DNA from: Eledone cirrhosa
Lineage: Eukaryota
Direction of reading: 5' to 3'
Assembly (NCBI GenBank): GCA_964016885.1
Contig: OZ024742.1
Coordinates: 295,988,001-296,052,000 of the forward strand
Length of the DNA: 64,000 nucleotides
Below are positions 60,129 to 64,000 of the stretch, piece by piece (the first letter of the stretch is position 1; each line of letters begins with the position of its first letter). The position numbers and the translations under genes are program-made. The notes beneath the pieces were generated by a model, which did not search any database, was not told where the DNA came from, and was given only the letters and a program-made list of their open reading frames with translations.

Positions 60129-60131
<3 letters not shown>
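59507..60131 (+). CDS. C-terminal fragment of Penelope-like ORF: Cys-rich linker plus GIY-YIG endonuclease
   Basis: CTNRKCIIC linker, CKTRNVVYSIRC..C..YIGETARSIGERIDQH, LYEH, IREASEI, LNRKNE; no genuine start (truncated at the inversion). Confidence 0.88.
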
Positions 60132-60163
<32 letters not shown>

Positions 60164-60393
60164 GTAAATAAAATAAAATAAATAAATAAATAAATACATA
60201 CACAAGCACAATAACAACAAGCACATAAACACACACTAGTCACCCATCACACGGCAAACAAAACACTATACACACACGCAAACTCATGCGCAAAGAAGAC
60301 AAAATAAAATAAACAAACAAGCAAATAAATAAATATATAGACAGACTGAATAAAAATGGCGTAGACATACAATACAACAGGAGGAAAATATAA

Positions 60394-60437
60394 CACCACT
60401 GACGATGTTGCAGATGTGCAACGAAAGATTTATGATA
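60394..60437 (+). ncRNA. Minimal hammerhead in pLTR, weak stem I
   Basis: cacca-CTGACGA-t-gttgca(gatg)tgcaac-GAAA-g(at)TTA-tgata; same layout as 23909-23951. Confidence 0.55.
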
Positions 60438-60703
60438 AACTATATATATGTGTTTGTGTCTATATTGTATCTGTATTGTTTTTGACCGTCGGTCAGTCAA
60501 TGGCAACATTGAGGACCGAGTAAGTTAGATTACCGATATAAAAGACACAGAAGCGAGAAGCGAAAACCAACCAAACAGTGAGTGTGTTCTGTTATTAATT
60601 CTGGCAATATTACACAAATATGACCCTCCCCAAGTATAACAATATTTGTTTCGACACACAATTTCATATAAAAAACCTCGCAAAACTAATATGTATATAT
60701 ATG

Positions 60704-60743
<40 letters not shown>

Positions 60744-60837
60744 TACTATCAATAATAATGAGTTCAAAACTCAGGCAGTCTTTTACAATGAAATAGCTCA
60801 AAGAAAGAAGTATTTCTGAGCCGTGTAATACATATAT

Positions 60838-60915
<78 letters not shown>

Positions 60916-61272
60916 GTATATATATGTATATATATATGTGTATATATATATGTATATATATATATACATATACATATATATATATATGTGTATATATATA
61001 TATATACATATACATATCACGATAAATTAACGGAGGCATAGGCCGTCGTTATTCCCTGTAAATAATGTGCTCAAAGGGGAAGAGATCCTGAGCCCTTTAA
61101 AATATAATATGTTGAGAAGGCAACACACCAGAGAGAGATATATAGTGCGTTATCAATAATACAGGGAAAAAACCACCAGTGTATGGAATCTATAACCTAT
61201 GAAAGGCAGACTATAGACACGATAATTAAAAATATAAATTAAAGCGTAAATAAATACCTCTATAACTATATA

Positions 61273-61352
61273 ACACACGTACAAATCCAAAGATATGTTT
61301 CACCAGAAATTTGTTGAAAGAAATGGTCTAGTCTCGGTTCATCAGCGTGTGT
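61273..61352 (-). ncRNA. Type I hammerhead ribozyme
   Basis: Reverse complement of 62041-62120. Confidence 0.85.
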
Positions 61353-62040
61353 AAGGCCATACATTTCAGACAACACTAAGAGAATTTTACAATTGACTGT
61401 CCAGCTACATGTGGGAGAGAGAAGTCACAGCGTGTTTAAGGGCAGTGAACCAGTGGCCTCTGAGAGACGAACTGCTAGAAAGGGCAGCCCAAAGCCACTC
61501 AGAGAAGTGTGCTCAACCAAACAGAGATAGGAAAGACTGTTGTTAGGAGCGAAATATCACGATAAATTAACGGAGGCATAGGCCGTCGTTATTCCCTGTA
61601 AATAATGTGCTCAAAGGGGAAGAGATCCTGAGCCCTTTATAGTCTGCCTTTCACAGGTTATAGATTCCATACACTGGTGGTTTTTTCCCTGTATTATTGA
61701 TAACGCACTATATATCTCTCTCTGGTGTGTTACCTTCTCAACATATTATATTTTAAAGGGCTCAGGATCTCTTCCCCTTTGAGCACATTATTTACAGGGA
61801 ATAACGACGGCCTATGCCTCCGTTAATTTATCGTGATATTTCGCTCCTAACAACAGTCTTTCCCATCTCTGTTTGGTTGAGCACACTTCTCTGAGTGGCT
61901 TTGGGCTGCCCTTTCTAGCAGTTCGTCTCTCAGAGGCCACTGGTTCACTGCCCTTAAACACGCTGTGACTTCTCTCTCCCACATGTAGCTGGACAGTCAA
62001 TTGTAAAATTCTCTTAGTGTTGTCTGAAATGTATGGCCTT

Positions 62041-62120
62041 ACACACGCTGATGAACCGAGACTAGACCATTTCTTTCAACAAATTTCTGGTGAAACATAT
62101 CTTTGGATTTGTACGTGTGT
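62041..62120 (+). ncRNA. Type I hammerhead ribozyme
   Basis: acacacg-CTGATGA-acc...ggt-GAAA-catatc(tttg)gattt-GTA-cgtgtgt; perfect 7-bp stem I, 7-position stem III with one U-U, GUA triplet at 62111-62113. Confidence 0.88.
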
Positions 62121-62296
62121 TATATAGTTATAGAGGTATTTATTTACGCTTTAATTTATATTTTTAATTATCGTGTCTATAGTCTGCCTTTCATAGGTTA
62201 TAGATTCCATACACTGGTGGTTTTTTCCCTGTATTATTGATAACGCACTATATATCTCTCTCTGGTGTGTTTCCTTCTCAACATATTATATTTTAC

Positions 62297-62356
<60 letters not shown>

Positions 62357-62367
62357 GTATATATATG

Positions 62368-62398
<31 letters not shown>

Positions 62399-62427
62399 GT
62401 ATATATATAGGTGTATATATATAGGTA

Positions 62428-62470
<43 letters not shown>

Positions 62471-62471
62471 G

Positions 62472-62528
<57 letters not shown>

Positions 62529-62568
62529 GTATATATATATATGTATATATATATGTATATATATATAT

Positions 62569-63168
62569 ATTTGGAGATAATAATAAAGAATTCATATCTA
62601 GTAACATATATATACATACAGATGCATATCAATGCTAGCAAATATATAGGTTTTGTCTTAATAACAGTGTGGTTCAATGCATGGGGTTGCAGAACAATAA
62701 TATAAGAGACGGAAAATAAGAAAATTATAAAATTAACTTACTTACTAAAATATCACTTCCAACTAATTAGTTTCTGGAATGGAGTAAATATATTTTCCGA
62801 AGAAGATATAGAGAAGCATTCCGTCGTCAGGAAAGTCTATTCCCATGTAAGTTTCCAGGCAAAGTGAGGACACTGGAAACTTATTAAAAAATAATTCAGT
62901 GGATAGGAAATAGCAAAGCGTGGACTGAATTCCAAGCCATTGAGAAAATCACTGCCTCTACGTCTGTGGCAAATTCAAAAAGAATCGAACACGTGACATC
63001 GAGGTCAATCAGTGGAAAGTGGTTTGCTAATAAGACAGCGGCCTGCCTACAACCGTAGCAGCAGTCATGGCCAATATTGCTCGACAAATAATTTGGAGAT
63101 AATAATAAAGAATTCATATCTAGTAACATATATACATACAGATGCATATCAATGCTAGCAAATATATA
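62569..63168 (-). mobile_element. Non-coding hammerhead-bearing ~520-bp unit plus ~80-bp terminal redundancy
   Basis: 62569-62648 is repeated directly at 63091-63168; internal hammerhead; TA arrays on both sides. Confidence 0.8.
62755..62836 (-). ncRNA. Type I hammerhead with palindromic stem III and long loop II
   Basis: actttc-CTGACGA-c-ggaatg...cattcc-a-GAAA-ctaatta-GTT-ggaagt; ACTAATTAGT is self-complementary. Confidence 0.78.
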
Positions 63169-63177
63169 ACGTCTCTT

Positions 63178-63236
63178 ATATACATATATATATGTATATA
63201 TATATATGTGTATATATACATATACATATATATTTG

Positions 63237-63267
<31 letters not shown>

Positions 63268-63320
63268 GTATACATATATATATATATATATGATTTATAT
63301 ATATATGTATATATACATAT

Positions 63321-63354
<34 letters not shown>

Positions 63355-63360
63355 ATATGT

Positions 63361-63427
<67 letters not shown>

Positions 63428-64000
63428 TGTATACATATATATATATATGTATACATATATATATATATGTATATATATATGTATATATACATATATATAT
63501 ATGTATATATATATATGTATATATACATATATATATATGTATATATATATATGTATATATACATATATATATATTATATATATGTATATGTATATGTATA
63601 TATACATATACGTGTATATATATATGTATATATACATATATATATATGTATATATATATGTATATATACATATATATATATATGTATATATACGTGTATA
63701 TATATATATATGTATATATACATATATATATATGTATGTATATGTATATGTATATATACATATACGTGTATATATATATATATATATATATGTATATAAA
63801 CATATATGTGTATATATATATATGTATATATACATATACGTGTATGTATATATATGTATATAAACATATATGTGTATATATATGTATATATACATATACA
63901 TATATATATGTATATATATATATATGTATATATACATATATATATATATGTATATATACATATACATATATATATATATGTATATATATATATGTATATA
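63178..64000. repeat. Degenerate (TA)n/TG/CA array running to the window end
   Basis: Direct reading. Confidence 0.95.

Larger units (their letters stand above)
58985..60690 (+). mobile_element. 5'-truncated Penelope-like retroelement with inverted upstream pLTR (58985-59506), downstream pLTR (60097-60645) and ~45-bp tail
   Basis: GIY-YIG ORF between ~520-550-bp inverted repeats; TA-rich tracts on both sides. Confidence 0.9.
61014..62295. mobile_element. Non-coding hammerhead-bearing 540-bp unit: 1.16 units (61014-61639) plus 1.22 inverted units (61638-62295); retrozyme or pLTR-derived
   Basis: Exact 540-bp periodicity (61014/61554; 61638/62178), near-identical inverted copies, TA arrays on both sides. 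Confidence 0.88.

Overview
AT-rich eukaryotic repeat-dense DNA with no supportable host gene. The SINE repertoire suggests an octopod cephalopod (inference). Positions 1-27.8 kb and 52-57 kb are old SINE, MITE, mariner and CR1 debris. Positions 28.8-48.6 kb are a ~20 kb nest of seven young RTE-clade LINE copies from two families, each separated by interrupted (TA)n arrays. A 5'-truncated Tx1/L1-clade LINE with a 19-bp TSD lies at 49.4-51.9 kb. Positions 57-64 kb are a second (TA)n field packed with Penelope-like (GIY-YIG) and non-coding elements. The main hidden signal, found by manual folding, is 12 type I hammerhead ribozyme motifs from about six sequence families, nearly all in short elements in or beside (TA)n tracts. 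They include non-coding 540-bp and ~520-bp units present as more-than-unit-length, circularly permuted copies (retrozyme-like); the 540-bp one has a twin-priming-type inversion. All folds and alignments were done by eye and need computational confirmation.
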